Shown piece by piece: positions 1 to 14,912 of a stretch of 64,000 nt of DNA. The DNA is taken from assembly GCF_009914755.1 (NCBI RefSeq), contig NC_060948.1. The stretch is one strand, 5' to 3'. Origin of the DNA: the human T2T-CHM13v2.0 reference genome, Homo sapiens. The notes beneath the pieces were generated by a model that was given only the letters and a program-made list of their open reading frames with translations, made no database searches and was not told the DNA's origin. Position numbers and translations under genes: made by a program. How positions within the stretch are numbered: position 1 is the stretch's first letter; each line of letters opens with the position of its first letter.

Positions 1-29
1 TTAACTTTTTTAGTATCCACCAAAACATT

Positions 30-190
30 TATTCACAGTGACTGTACCATTTTAGACTCCCACCAGCAACATACAAACATTCCAGTTTCGTCACATCTTT
101 GCCAACACTTGTTATTTTCCATTTTAGATTTTAGCCAACTCAGTGGGTACGAAGTGGTGCTTCACTGTGGTTGTGATTTACATTTGCCTT
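30..190 (-). mobile_element. Old L1 (L1M-type) fragment
   Basis: Antisense L1 motifs (actcccaccagcaa...ttgccaacact...gtggttgtgatttacattt). Confidence 0.55.
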
Positions 191-342
191 ATACCACATT
201 TTGCTTTCAATATCTGCTATCTGGTACAGTTGTTGCATCTCCTTCATACACCCTACAGTTCTGTAAAACTTCCTCAACCATCCCTCCATAAGCATCAGTT
301 CAAGGACATTGCCTCAGTTTTCCCAGCCAAAGAGTCACTCAC

Positions 343-366
343 CTGAGTTTGGCTTCTTGGTGGGTT
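343..366 (-). pseudogene. XGY1: XG paralogue exon 3 (24 nt; EPTKKPNS-D)
   Basis: Minus strand ttgttcacag|AACCCACCAAGAAGCCAAACTCAG|gtgagt; matches XG EPTKKPNSD; canonical splice sites. Any further exons would lie off the left edge. Confidence 0.9.
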
Positions 367-1184
367 CTGTGAACAAAGAGAGAAAATAAATGCAATATGC
401 ATTGAAGTGTCACTGGAAGCACAAACAAAGGCCATAAATGCCCTGATGAAAGATGAAAAGGGAGTGACAAAGCAATACAAAGTAAATAATATGGACACAA
501 ATTCCATGTTGAATTCAGAAAAAAAGCAAGAAAACACCCTTAAAATTCATTAAAAAACAATCAATCCACCCTTGAGGCTATGAGGATGCCCACAGGATGG
601 CTGAAGTAGCTGAGAACATCCAATACAGGTAAGTGAGCCACCTGCCCATAGAGCCACCATAGAGCTGGACGGTGGAGGGCGGGGCAGGGGGAAGGCAAAA
701 GAAAAGATGGAGAAAGACTTGCAGCTTCCAGAATGATGGCTTTTCTCACTTTCTTTCATTCATTCATTTATTCATTCAGCAAATATGTATGCATGGATGT
801 GGATATCAGGTCAGGAGTGCTCACAGTGCAGCCTGTGACTGCCCTGCTCAATGAACCTGGGTTTGCAGTGTGGATGGGCAGACAAGGGCAGGAGGAGGTT
901 TGAGGAAGATGGCTCACAGGAGGCAGAGTCAGCCATAGCTGGGAAAATTGGAGCTTCAGGGCTGTGCAGGCCAGACTTCTTCCAAACAGAGGAAACAGTG
1001 TATTTGAAAGCATGGTTTACATAACAGCCTAGCATTGCCTTGATAGGAGGCAGCTAGAACATAGGGGTGTGTGTGTGGTGGGGAAATTCACTGGGAGTGC
1101 AGAGACTGCAAAAAGGAGAGCTTGAAGCTCCAAATGCAGCATATGGTTTCACATGTCCTGTATTTTAATTGAAGGTTTCCCATA

Positions 1185-1730
1185 TCCTTTTCTCCCTATT
1201 GCCACCTCCCTCTCCCTCCCTGCCCTCCCTACTTCCTTCCTCCTCTCCTTCCTTCCTTCTCTCCTTTCTTCCTTCCTCCCCTCTTTCCTTTTGCTCCTTC
1301 TTCTTGCCTTCTTCCACACCTTCCTTTCTTCTTTCCTCCCTGTTCTCAATCCTTTCTTCTCTTCCTCTCTCCTTCCTTCCCTCCTTCCTCACCTTATTCT
1401 TTCCTTCGTTTCTTTCTTCCTCCTTTCTTCCCCAACTTTCTGTCTTTCCTTCCTTCCCTCCTTTCTTTCTTTCCTCCTTGCTTCCTACTCTTCTTCCTTC
1501 CTTCCCTCCCTCAGTCTTTCCTTATCTCCTCTCCTTTCTTCTTCCTTCCATCCATCCTTCCCTGTCTCTTTCCTTTTCTTCTCTTCTTCCTTCTCTCCTA
1601 TTTTCCTGCCTCACTTCCTCTTTTCTCCCTCCTTTCTTTGTTTTCTTCTTTTTTGCTTCTCTTCCTTTTCCCTTTCTCCCTCGTCCTACCCTCCCTCCCT
1701 CTCTCCCGTCTTTCCTTTCTCTGTCTGCTT
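1185..1730. repeat. CT-rich polypyrimidine low-complexity tract
   Basis: ~550 bp of almost pure C/T (CCTT/CTT units); source of spurious S/L/F/P-rich ORFs. Confidence 0.95.
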
Positions 1731-2049
1731 TTTAAAATGTAAAATTATAACGATTTTTTAAAATAGTGATACACTCACAGAGTTTCTTAAAGCCCAGGCA
1801 GTATAGACAGTGAAAAGTGAATTCCCCACAGTCGCCATGCAGGTGACTGTGGTTCCTATGCACTGGGGCTTCCTTCCCATAAGGAAGGGCTGTCTATGAA
1901 CAGGCACATGCCTGCCCATTCATGGGAGGCTCTTGGTAGCAAAACGATGCTTTCAAAGATGTGTTTGCAGGCACTGGCAGTCCTCTAGGTGAGCAATGAA
2001 AATGTAGTAGCAGGTGAGTGGAAAGGGAGTTTATTTCTGTGATTTTTAA

Positions 2050-2600
2050 AAAATCAATGTGAAACTCACATATCATAAAATTTGACATTTTAAGGAGTAC
2101 AATTCAATGGTGTTTCATATATTCACAATATTGTACAATCACCAGCTGTATCTAGTTCCAGAACAGTTTCATCCCCCCAAAAGGAGACCCCATAACCGTG
2201 AGCAGTCCCTCCCTTTTCTCCCCTCTTCCAGCCCAACAATCGCTAATCCACTTTCTGTCTCTCTGAATTTGCCTATTCTGGACATTTCATATTAATGGGA
2301 TCCTACACCCTGTGGCCTTTTGTGCCTGGCTTCTTTCACTGAGCACATTTTCAAGGCTCATGTAGCACGCATCAGAACCCCCTTCCTTTTTAACAGCCAA
2401 ATCATATTCTGTTGCCTGGAGGGACCACATTCTGTTCATTCATTCATCCCCTGATGGACAGTTGGGTTGTTTCCACCTTTGGCTTATTGTGAATATTGCT
2501 GCTGCAAACATGGGTACACAAATAACTGTTTGAGTCCCTGCTCCCAATTCTCTTGGGTATCTGTCTAGAAGTGGAACTCCTGGGTCACATGTCAGTGATC
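2050..2600 (-). mobile_element. L1MB/L1MC-type 3' end fragment
   Basis: Antisense L1 3' motifs (ctaatccactttctgtctct, tggcttctttcactgagca, gatggacagttgggttgtttccacc). Confidence 0.7.
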
Positions 2601-3497
2601 TTTCAGATCAATAACGTCTTGTTCTTTATCTGAGCCTACCAGCCAGCCCCTCCTTCACTATTGCACAGGGTTCTCTTGCAGATATGCCTCATTCTTTATC
2701 CAGACCAAACGCTGGTGCTACATACTCGGTCTGAATTTTGGAGATAATCCCCCAATGCTTCCAAAGTGGTTGCAACCACACACCTGCCTCCAACCCCCAC
2801 CCCTCAATCTGCCTTGACAGGGTAGGATTCAACCTTCACCTTTTCTAACTTCATGGGAGAAATGGCATCTCCATGTTGGGGTGAGTCATTACATTTTCCT
2901 GTTGCACTGACAACAATTTTGTATCTGCTTTGTAGGATAATTATTAGCAAAAACATCACAGTGTGCAGAAAACTTGGAGAGAGATGAGTTCCTATCATCT
3001 TGTTTTTGGCTTTTTAGGATCAGATCTGGTTATCATTCTCTCTTCCTCCAACAAACACCATTATGCAACTGCACTGGTCAACCAGTTGTTCCCAATGCTA
3101 AAGCCCAATGGATTCTTCCTCTGTGTACACAAAAGTTTATTTTTCTTTCAAAATAAATCTTTGCATTGGAAACCAAATCTTTCCCTTTCTCCCAATCACC
3201 ACTATCAGAATACACCTGAATCTCAATTAGACTCTCTGCCTCAAGCAGGACATTCTCCTGGGTCCGGGATGCATATTTTCAGCTTTCCGTTGAGCCACTA
3301 AGTTTCCAGCTGAACTTGGATGGACAAAAAACACAGAATGGGAAGATTCCAGGCCCTAAGTGCCCTGGAATAGAAAAATTCACAGCCTCATGAGTGAAGG
3401 TGACCAGAGAAGCCAGTGGGAAAATGGAATGTAGTGTGCTCTGGGAGGGTGTGCGACAATGAGGGATATGAACTGAACTGTAAGAAAAGCAGGTCCT

Positions 3498-3800
3498 GGT
3501 CCAGGCATGCTGGTGCACCTCTGTAATACCAGGATTTTGAGAGACCAAGGTGGAAGAATTGCTTGAGCCCAGGAGTTTGAGGCCAGCCTAGGCAACATAG
3601 TTGCCTACAAAAAATAAATAAAAATAACTGGCATGGGGGCACACACCAGTAGTTTCAGCTGCTTGTGAGGCTGAGGTGGGAAGATTGCTTGAGCCAGAAA
3701 GTTGAGGCTGTGTGTTAAGTTATGATTGCACCACAGCACTCCAGCTTGGGCAACAGAGAAAGACTCCCATCTCAATAAAATAATATAAAATAAAATAATA
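3498..3800 (+). mobile_element. Alu (J-like)
   Basis: Diverged dimeric Alu with A-rich linker and tail. Confidence 0.85.
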
Positions 3801-4045
3801 AGATACTAGCATATTCCTAAACCACAGGCTTCAGAAGTACAGACCTACCAGGAAATGAGTCTGAGAGTTTCAGAGAGTGTGTAAAGGTTTGTCTCAAGGT
3901 GTCTGCAATCTCCTGTGAAGAACAGAGATCTCAAAATGAAGAAATTCCCAACACTGGCCCAACCCAACCCCAAAGTAACTATACAGCTGATGCTGTTAGA
4001 CTTGAGCTGAAAAAAGAAGGCTCCCCTTGAAATATCAGCTCTTAC

Positions 4046-4081
4046 CAGGGTCAACAAGGGCGTCTGCTAAGTCTCTTTGAC
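4046..4081 (-). pseudogene. XGY1: XG paralogue exon 2 (36 nt; GQRD--LADALVDP)
   Basis: Minus strand caatag|GTCAAAGAGACTTAGCAGACGCCCTTGTTGACCCTG|gtaag. XG reads GQRDFDLADALDDP, so this copy has an in-frame 6-nt loss and D>V. Confidence 0.9.
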
Positions 4082-4620
4082 CTATTGGGAGTAAACAGGG
4101 CATAAGTCACCCCATGATGGAAAGGCCAGAATCACCTTTGTTCCTCACCTCACGCTGCTCCCCTCCTACTGCAAGCCTAAGGTCACCCAGAGGACTCAAA
4201 CTAACCTGACCATGAGCTATGTGGGAGATGCAACCACCACCTCCACCTAGTCCCAGAGCATACTCATCACCCAGTACAAGACCAGTGTCCCCATTCAGCA
4301 GTCAATTCCCCTCTGCCTCCCCAGCCCCTGACAAACACTAATCCACTTTCTGTCTCCATGAATTGTCTATTCTGCAAATTTCATGTAAATAGAATCCTAC
4401 AATATGTGGTATTTTGTGCCTGGCTTCTTTCACTGAGCATGATGCTTCCGAGTTGCATTGACATTGCAACTTGTGTCAGAGCTTCATTCCTACTCATGGC
4501 CAGGGAACTTTGAAGGAAGCTTCTCTCCAAGCACATAGACTTCTCTCCAAGCACATAGACTTCTCTCCTGGACTCTCCCACTCACAGCTTAAGATTGGGA
4601 TTTCCCTCATACATAAACAA

Positions 4621-4627
4621 ACACATA

Positions 4628-4664
<37 letters not shown>
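4621..4664. repeat. (CA)n microsatellite
   Basis: Direct observation. Confidence 0.95.
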
Positions 4665-4671
<7 letters not shown>

Positions 4672-5851
4672 AGGTTGAGAGGGGCTGCCTTAGGAGAAGG
4701 TGAAGCAGAACAATATGAGGGTCCCGGATCCCTGAGAGACTATATGGAGCAGAGGACTCCTTTGCCACATCCCCTGGATGCAACACAAGGGACAAACTTT
4801 TAATTCTTTGGGGGCTGTTTGTTACAGCAGCTAGCCTACACTGACAAATACAGATCAGGAAGCAACCTGTGTGGACAAGCTGAGGTTCCTACCTGATCCA
4901 AAAGCAGTTAACCTAATGAATGTGTCTGCAGCAGAGAGATGAGAACATTCACATCTTTGTGACTCATCATTAAAAATATACTGCAGAATTTGTGAGGGTG
5001 ACGGGTCCCTCTTGCTGACATATATGCACACCTTGCCCTTGTTTCTCCCTTAACCCCTGCAAATACCAACCCTGCAGAGAAAATACCACTGGAGAACTTA
5101 CCAGGAAGTAGAGGATGCAGCTGGGAGGGCACTGAATCAGCATTCCTATGCATTGAGTTCTATTGCAGTAATGCCAGGCACCAAAGCATCTCATCTGCCA
5201 ACCTGAGGATGCTGGTATGACCAGCATGCATATTTCCCAAAGGAAGAAACTAAGTTCTGGCAGGTTTAGGGCAAGACAGGAGCAGTCAGAATTTTCAGAA
5301 TTGTCCAGGGGTGAAAATGTCTTGCTCAAACACTAAGCCCTGGAGGAGGCTAAGCCTGGAGAACCCAGTGAGCTCTTTTTGGTGGGTCTCCCCCACCTCT
5401 GTTATCATCTCCCTTGCAGAAATCCATCTGCCTGGATGATGTTTACTCTGGGGTAAGGTTCAAGGGCTCCCATATAGATTCATACAGTCTGTGGCATGAC
5501 TGCAACCAGATGCCACCAGGCATGCTTTATAGCTCCTTGTGGAGGCAATTAGGGCCTCTCCAGAGCAGAAGGTGCATCCCCAAGCAGGAGTCCCTAAGTG
5601 AGGACAAAATTACAAACCTTGGAGGGAAGGGGAACTCTGAGCCCAGGGTGCACACAACAGCCGCCCCGGGCCCAGACTGGAGGCTGGGAGCTGGCGGTGC
5701 CATCACAGGTCAAATCCCACACGGCCATTTCTCTCAAACTCTGGGAGCCCCCATGTCCCTCTCAGATGACGTTCTCTGTTACCAGTGATCACTACAGGCT
5801 CCCCTATAAGAACAACCTGGCCTGTCTTTGATCTCCCCAGCAATCTCCCAA

Positions 5852-6055
5852 TTTTTTTTTTTTTTTTTTGTATATTTGGTTTTTTAGATGGAGTCTCACT
5901 CTGTCGCCCAGGCTAGAGTGCAATGGCATAATCTCAGCCTACTCCAACCTCCTCCTCCTGGGTTCAATAATTCTTGTTCCTCACCTCAAGTGATCCACCT
6001 GCCTCAGCCTCCCAAAATGGTGGGATTACAGGAGTGAGCCTCCACATCTGGCCTC
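5852..6055 (-). mobile_element. Alu with internal deletion
   Basis: Poly-T start, right-arm sequence joined directly to the left-arm end. Confidence 0.8.
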
Positions 6056-7323
6056 CTCCAACTCTCTTGGTCATCACCGTCCAAGCTGCTCAGACTGGGC
6101 TGGGGGACGGGAGCCATGTCAGTCTCTTGGATCCATGAGACATCTCCCCTCTGAGGCTGTCAGCAGTTCCAGTTGAGACACCTGTCCAGGACCCCAGAGT
6201 TAAGTGTCTTGGCTATGCATACACCCTGAGAATTTAGATTCCGATTTAGATTCACCATTGACCAATATCTTTCACTGTGTTATATCTTGGCACATCTCAG
6301 CAGTTCCAGGCATCCCCTCAGCAACCACTTAACAATCTCCTCTAATCTCTGCACCCAGACCACTCCCTGCTGTTGCCCTAAATAACCAAAGGCCTCGGTG
6401 TTATCTCTCCCCTCCCAGCCCCTCCTCTCGAAATGCTGTTGCATAAAACAGGCAGGTGGCACGGGAGGGCTGCAGACAGCTCGTCTCATCCTGCAGCAGG
6501 AGGCCAGGTTGCAGCGGAGGCTCCTTCAGCTTTGAGATGCTCCGGATGACCCTGAGAGATGACAGGAATTAGGGGTGGGGAGGATCACAGAGGAAGCGGA
6601 GCCTGGGGTTTTAGGCTTTGCTTGGTTTCCGGGGTTGCACTGCAGCCAGAAGTTGCTGCATGCGTGACTCACACACATGAGGCTGCTGTCGGTCACACCT
6701 AGACCTCGTTACATAAACCAGACAGACTCTGGCCAGCATATGGCCGCCTGAGCACTAAGAGTCTCCAGTCTTGCACACCAGGCAGGGCCCCCTGACCTCT
6801 CTCCTCTCCAGGGAAGTTATAGCAAAGCCATGGCTGGGGTCCTCATGGGCCTGGAGTAAGACCCCTGGGCTGGGAGATGTCTCAGGTAAACAGCGCTAAC
6901 TCTGGTGTCTCTGTCTCCAAGGTCGGGTTGCACATGACACTATTGCTTTTGCAGGGTTTATTTTCTTCTGAGAACGTAAGATGGGGCAGGACAGGAGATC
7001 TGTTTCTGATTTGTTTTGCTTCTACTTAGTGAACTTAGCAGTTTTTAATCAAACCCTTGTGTTCTGGGATCCCTAAACCCCCAAGAAGAAAGCAATCTCA
7101 TTTTGTGCTGCGACTATGGCATCCTGGAGATGTAGATTAAGTGGCTCACCTCAGGACCCTTTGGAGCAAAGCCATGTGATGTAGTGCTTGGAGGCATTCT
7201 TCTGTAGCCTGGAGTCACCAAATCCCTCTTGAGTTCAAATTCCACCCCTGCCAGATTCAAAGATTCTTCTTATTAGAGTTCCGCCACCCTCTGAATTCTT
7301 TACATTGATTCAGACATACAAGT

Positions 7324-7945
7324 TGTTCAGGTTCAGAAAATGATACCCCCAAATGCAGGCCTTAGTAACAGCCTCAGAAGCAGAAGCTTGTCTTAGAACT
7401 TCTCCAGCTCTCCTGTCTCTGAGTCCCATTCTCCTGAGGCACTGTAGGGACGAGAATCCATCTTCCCCAAGGCAGGTCCCAGAAACAAGAACGACTTTTT
7501 CCCGAAGCCAGCCATAAAACCTAAAAACAGGACTCTAACTTTCCCTCTATTCTATCTGTACAAAGACTGGCCATGAGGAAATTACCTGACCTCTTCTTGT
7601 TTGGGCATCCTAAGAACCCCATTCCAGAGAGGGTCCCGCCTCACACCCAGAAGGAAGGAGTGCTGCTCAGAGAGGCCAAGAAGAATCTAGACACACAGGT
7701 CTGGCTGGGTTTCCCCACTCAGACCATTAGCATTGGATCAGGCCCTTTTTGTCCAACCCTATTTCTACACAGCTGTCCAGACTTGGTTGAACTAAAGCAT
7801 AAAAATGGACCATCTCCCCTTGTATCTGGGGTCTTCATTCTGAATGCTCCTGTGTATACACGTTAAGTACATTTGTTATGTCTTTTCTCCAATTAATCAA
7901 TCTGCTTCATGTCCATGATTTTTAGCAAATCTTCAGGGGCCATGA
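7324..7945 (+). mobile_element. ERV1-class solo LTR (subfamily uncertain)
   Basis: Begins tgttcaggttcagaaaatgataccccc and resembles MER4-group LTRs; not assigned further. Confidence 0.5.
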
Positions 7946-8387
7946 CCCCACAAAATCAATATAACAAACAACAATTTTGCAAAGCAGAGTGCTGTTGTTG
8001 GAATAATAATTACACAATGTCAAGGTCAATGCCCACTGAACATTACCTGCCTCCAGGCAATGGTTGCCACATAGCACAGAAGAGCAATCAGCCCACACCC
8101 AAACCTCCACTTCCCATTGAATTATTTACCTCAATCTAAAGAAGAAAATCAGCTCCCAGCAGGCTCTGAGCAGAAAATAAAAAGGAACATACAGAGACTG
8201 TCTAAATCCCTGACACCAATTATAGCTATTATCAGCAGAATTTATACACTGCGGAATTGAATGAGAACCAACTGCAATCATTACGGGACGTGCAACCACA
8301 TTAGTAAATTCAGACAGGCTCTTCTGTTTCATTATTAAATCCAATGTCCTTTGATCTGTGTGTCCAGGAGAAACATCTGCCCTTTAA

Positions 8388-8709
<322 letters not shown>

Positions 8710-8983
8710 TAGGATTGTACTGGTTTCCTGTGAAGTGTTCATTTAAACCAATCTTTCTGGGATCAGCTGCTGCAGTTGAAGACAGTGGGTCTTAAACCCA
8801 TAGAACCCTTCTCACCTTGAGGAAACTCACAGAGGGGAAAGTTCTGAGGTTTTACAAAGCTGGCACAGGGACCCCAAGAAGAACAAATCTTGACTTCCTT
8901 TAGGCAAATCCTAAGGTTTCTCTTTGACTCCTGTTCAGCAATTAAAAAATATATATGTGTATATATAGAAAGCATATGATAAT

Positions 8984-9518
8984 TGTTCTTAGGGGTCTGG
9001 AATCAGACCCCAGGAGAGGGTTCTTGGATCTTGCACAAGAAAGAATTTGCAGTAAGTCCATAGAGTAAAGTGAAAGCAAGTTTATTAGGAAAGTAAAGGA
9101 ATAAAGAATGGCTGCTCCCTAGAATACAGCCACTGGTGGCCCATTTGTATGGTTCTTTCTTGAGGATATGCTAAACAAGGAGTGGCTTATTCATGCCTCC
9201 TCTTTTTAGACCATATAGGGTAACTTCTGATATTGCCATGGCATTTGTAACTGTCATGGGGCTGGTGGGAAGATACCAGTGAGGACCACCCGAGGTCACT
9301 CTCGTCGCCATCTTGGATTTGGTAAAATTTGGCCGACTTCTTTACGGCAAGCTGTTTCATCAGCAAGGTCTTTATGACTTGTGTCTTGTGTCAACCTCCT
9401 ATCTCATCCTGTGCCTTAGAATGCCTTGACCATCAGGGAATGCAGCCCAGCAGCTCTCGGCCTCATTTTACACAGACCCTACTCAAGCTGGAGTTGCTCT
9501 GGTTCAAACACCTCCCAC
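8984..9518 (-). mobile_element. MER41-family solo LTR
   Basis: Diverged reverse complement of the element at 19614-20153 (ggttcttggatcttgcacaagaaagaat...ctctggttcaaaca). Confidence 0.8.
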
Positions 9519-10064
9519 TAACTCAACTTAGGTCCACCGGCCCTGTGCAGTAAAGCCGAACACTGCCATCAGGATTGCAGCGTGAGGAAGTGAGGCGTTT
9601 ATTCCAAGCTATTTAGAAGGCATCAAGCAACCTCCTTGATGCCTTAAGACCCAACCTCCTGGGTGGCCAGTAGGTGGGGGTTTTCAGTGGCAAGGAGGCA
9701 GAGGTTATAGGCAAAGCCATAATACATGCAGGCTATACATTGCTTTGATCTAAAAAGGCGGGATACCTGGAAGCAGGGGCTTAATGTGGATTCAAAGTTT
9801 CTCTGATTTGTCATTGGTTAAGGAGGCGAAGTTTGTCTGAGCATTTGGGGTCAGCAGAAATCAATGTTAGTTCTGGCCCATGGGTGTGACTTCCTCCAGC
9901 TCTCCACCCTCCATGTCTCTAGGAAGGAATTTACAGCAAATATTGGTAATGAGAATTCAGTTTCTCTTACCTGAGGTCTATAAGCCAGCAGATGGCATTT
10001 GTCATTTGGTGGGGGTCTGGGTTCCTGCAAATCAACTCAGGACCATATATTAAGATGTTATTTT

Positions 10065-10362
<298 letters not shown>

Positions 10363-11475
10363 TTACAGGAAACTAAACATCTTGAGGCTCTAACTTCCTT
10401 GGCTATTGTTCTACACTACAATCACCTTGCTTATCAAGCCGCTCCATGTACTTCTCAAGGCCAGCCAGGTGCCTGGAATTTCCCTTGAAGGAACTCAAGA
10501 TTTTCCTTTATTTCCATGCTAGGGAGAGTGCCTGGCAAGCCCCTAAGAGGGGTGTTCTTGCTCCTCTCATTCTCTCCCAGGACGGCATGATTCACAGAGT
10601 AAAAAAAATTAAATCATATGACTAGGTTAGGACCGTAGGTTGCAACAGAAAGTGACAAGGAAGGCTGCTGCCCCAGTGGGGAATCTTATTCCCAGGGGGC
10701 TTGTTTGCCAAGGGCTGAATTCTACTTTAGCCCCATGGATAAGATGAAATCCATTCTGTTCTCTAATTGGTTAAGAAGTTTATATTTCCAGCAGGACAGG
10801 AAATCAAACACAGCTGGAGTCTCCTCCTCCACACCTCAACATGAATATCCAGGGACTCCCTAATGCTCAAGCTCACCGGGGCTGCAGACACCAGAGCTGA
10901 GCAGGCCGCCCTGGTGCATGATCTGCTCCTCGGAACCCATGAACCCTCCACGGTCTCAGCATCCAAGCAGCCCAGCCTCTCCCCAGAAGGTCAACCAACT
11001 GGCCCGTTCTTGACTTCCCAGTGACCATATTATGCAGTTGCAGATTGAAGCTCTATTACAGCAAACATTAGTAATGAGAATTCAGGCCTCAGTGTATGTC
11101 TGTAACACAACAGACAGGGTCTGCAGGGGTCGAAGTATTTTGTCATCAAAGAGGAAGGAATGATCATTCATCATAAAAGGCAAGACATCTTTGGTGCAAG
11201 GAAAACTCAAGAAAAATACCGCAGACCATGCAATGAGGCACTGGTCGATGGAGTGTTGTAAACCCGTCTTCCCAGAGTGGCATGCACATGGATCCCTCAG
11301 CACATGGGTGACACACAGACTATGCTTCAGCAGGTCTGTCTGGGCCCAAGACACATTGTTTCTCATCAGCTCCCAGGGGATGTCAAGGCTGCAGATCCAT
11401 GGATCTCACTTTGCAGGACAGAGACTTGGTAATGGCTTCCCAGAGTTGTTACAAAGAAATCCCAAAGACTGGGCC

Positions 11476-12682
11476 CCTTAAACAACAACCTTGATTCTCA
11501 CAGTCCTTGAGGCTAGAAGTCTGAGATCAAGCTATGGCCAGGGCTGGTTCCTCCTGAGGCCTCTCTCCTTGGGTTGTAGATGCTGTCTTCTCCCTGTGTC
11601 CTCACAGGGTTGTCCCTCTGTGTGTGTCTGTGTCCTCATCTCCTCTTCTTATGAGGTGTCTTAGTCCATTTCAGGCTGCTGTCACAGCATGCCGTAGACT
11701 GGGTGGCTTATCAGCAACAGACATTGATTCTCCCACAGTCCTGGAAGCTGGACGTCTGAGATCAGGGTATGGGCAGGGCTGCTTCCTCCTGAGGCCTCTG
11801 TCCTGGGCTTGTAGATGCTGTCTTCTCCATGTGTCCCCATGTGGTCATCCCTCTGTGGGTGTGTCTGTTTCCTCATCTGCTCTTCTAATGAGATGTCTTA
11901 GTCCATTGCAGGCTGCTATCACAGAATACCATAGGCTGGGTGGCTTATAAACCACAGAGTTTTATTCTTCCACAGTCCTGGAGGCTGGAATTCTGAGATC
12001 AAGGCATGGGCAGAGCTGGTTCCTCCTGAGGCCTCTCTTCTTGACTTGTAGATGCCGTCTTCTCCCTGTCTTTACAGGGTCATCCCTCTGTGTGTGTCTG
12101 TGTCCTTATCTACTCTTTTTATAAGGACCCCAGTCCTATTGTATCAGGGCACAACCTCCTGAGCTCATTGTACCCTTCTCACCTCTTTAAAGACCCCATC
12201 ACCAAACACAGTCATGTTCTGAGGTCCTAGGGATTAGGCCTTCAGTATATAAATTTTGGAGGCACAGAATCCAGCCCTTACAGAAATAACTCACTCATTG
12301 GAATACAAATATGTTTGTCTGCTGGGGCTGCTGCCATAGCAAAGTCCCACAGACCAGCCTGCTTAAATAGTGGACATTGATTCTCCCACAGATCTGGAGG
12401 CTGGAAGTCTGAGATCAAGGTGTGGGCAGGGCTGGTTCCTCCTGAGAACTCTCTCCTTGGCTTGTGGATGCCATCTTCTCCCTGAGTCCTCACAGAGTCA
12501 TCCCTCTGTGCATGTCTGTGTCCTTATCTCTTCTTTATAAGGTCCACAGTCCTATTGGATCAAGGCCCAACCTAGTGACCTCATTTTACCTGAATCACCT
12601 CTTTAAAGATCCCATCTCCAAACCCAGTCAAAATTGGAACTTCCATTTATAAAATTGAGGAGGGTACAATTCGGCTCACAGC
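11476..12682 (-). mobile_element. Cluster of MLT1-type (ERVL-MaLR) LTR copies, including ~237-bp tandem units
   Basis: tgtcttagtccatt starts at 11657 and 11894; gtctgagatcaag...ttcctcctgag core recurs four times. Confidence 0.75.
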
Positions 12683-12831
12683 AGATTTAAACCATGGGAC
12701 ACGGTCAACTACTACCGCTGGACAGCCTGGTTCAGTGGAGACAGCCAGGGTTTGGGAATCTGGAGAGAGAGTTTCATCTCAGCTACATCACAGGCCTGGC
12801 CCATGCCCTCAACAATACTCTTCCTTAATGA

Positions 12832-13145
<314 letters not shown>

Positions 13146-13321
13146 CTTCCTTAAAGTTAATGTCAGTATCCTTTTCTTCATTGGCAAACTCAGGAGAACC
13201 ATGATTCTGCTGAACACACAGGGCTGCGGGGAGAGGTGGGTGAGATAGCTTAAGGAAAGAGATTTACAAAACTAGACGTTTTTCAGCATGGAGGAACTGT
13301 CATTAAATATATAGAAACCCT

Positions 13322-13655
<334 letters not shown>

Positions 13656-13997
13656 TATAGAAACCCACCCAGCTGTTAAGTGATGATTCCGGAAGTCATG
13701 ACATTCCTGTGCCCTGAATGAAAAAGAAAGGCTTCTTGGGAAGATCTGTGGAGCGCCAGGTTTACACAAGAATTGTTCCATCCACCTTGTGACATCTGCC
13801 TCAATGCCTCTCAGATCCTAAAGAGTGTGAGACTCAGACCAGAATCCAGCCACGTGCAGATTCTAGATCAGCAGGTCTGTGTGGGGCTATAATTACGTTT
13901 TATTGTAATTAAAATAAAATAAGAAAATATTTTTTAGGAAAACATCAGGAGGCATCCATTTGGGTTTAAGGAAATTGTCTTAGGTTGAAAAGTACTT

Positions 13998-14533
13998 TCC
14001 TCCTTCCTTCCCTCCTTCCTTCCTCCCTCCTTCCTCTTTCTCTCTTGCCTTCCTTCCTTCCCTCCATCTTTCTTTCTTCTGCTTCTGCTTATTCCTCTTT
14101 CTCTTCCTCTTCTTCCTTATCCCATTCCTCTTCCACTTCCTCCTTCCTCCTCCCTCTCTTCCCTCTTCCTCCTCTTCCTCCCTGCCGCTCCTGCTGCTGC
14201 TTCTTCTTCCTCTCCTCCTCTCCCTCCTCCTCCTTCTTCTTATTCTTCCCCTTGTTCTTCTTACTCCTCCCCTCCTCCTCCCCTCCTCCTCCTGCTGCTG
14301 CTTCTTCTTCCTCTCCCCTTCCCCCTCCTTCTCCTCTTTCCTCCTCTTCCCCTTCTCCTCCCCTCCTCCTTCCCCCTCCTCCCCCCCTTCCCCCCCTTCC
14401 TCCTACTTCTTCGTCATCTTATTCCTCCTCCTCCTTCCCCTCCCCCTTCTCCTCCTCCTCCTCCTGTCCCTCTTCCTCCTCCCCCACCTCCTCCTCCTCC
14501 CCCACCTCCTCCTCCTCCTTTTCCTTCTCCTTC
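13998..14533. repeat. CT/(CCT)n polypyrimidine tract followed by an Alu fragment
   Basis: Direct observation. Confidence 0.92.
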
Positions 14534-14639
14534 TGACAAGGCCCCGCTCTATTGTCCTGGCTGCAGTGCAGTGGTGCAATCATAGCTCACTGCAGCCTTA
14601 ACTCCTGGGCCTCCCAAGTAAGGAAAACAAACATGTTTT

Positions 14640-14912
14640 AGATAGATAGGTCAATAGATAGGTAGATGGGATAGATGATAGATGCATAGATAGATACATA
14701 CATACATACATACATACATACATACATACATACATAGATACATAGATTAGATACATAGATATTGAAGATAGATATTGGAGATAGACAAAGATAGATGAAC
14801 AGGTAGATAATAGAGAGATAGATAAACAGATAGATGGATAGATGATAAATAAATAGGTAGACTTTTGAGATAGATGAAAGACAGAGATATAGGTAGATAT
14901 GGAGTTAGATAT
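14640..14912. repeat. Compound GATA/[TACA]10 repeat
   Basis: [TACA]10 at 14695-14734 embedded in degenerate GATA units. Confidence 0.9.

Noticed and set aside
1153-1761. 202-aa and 188-aa ORFs (also 13985-14536 and 15725-16343)
   Set aside because: Translations of CT-rich or GATA simple repeats.
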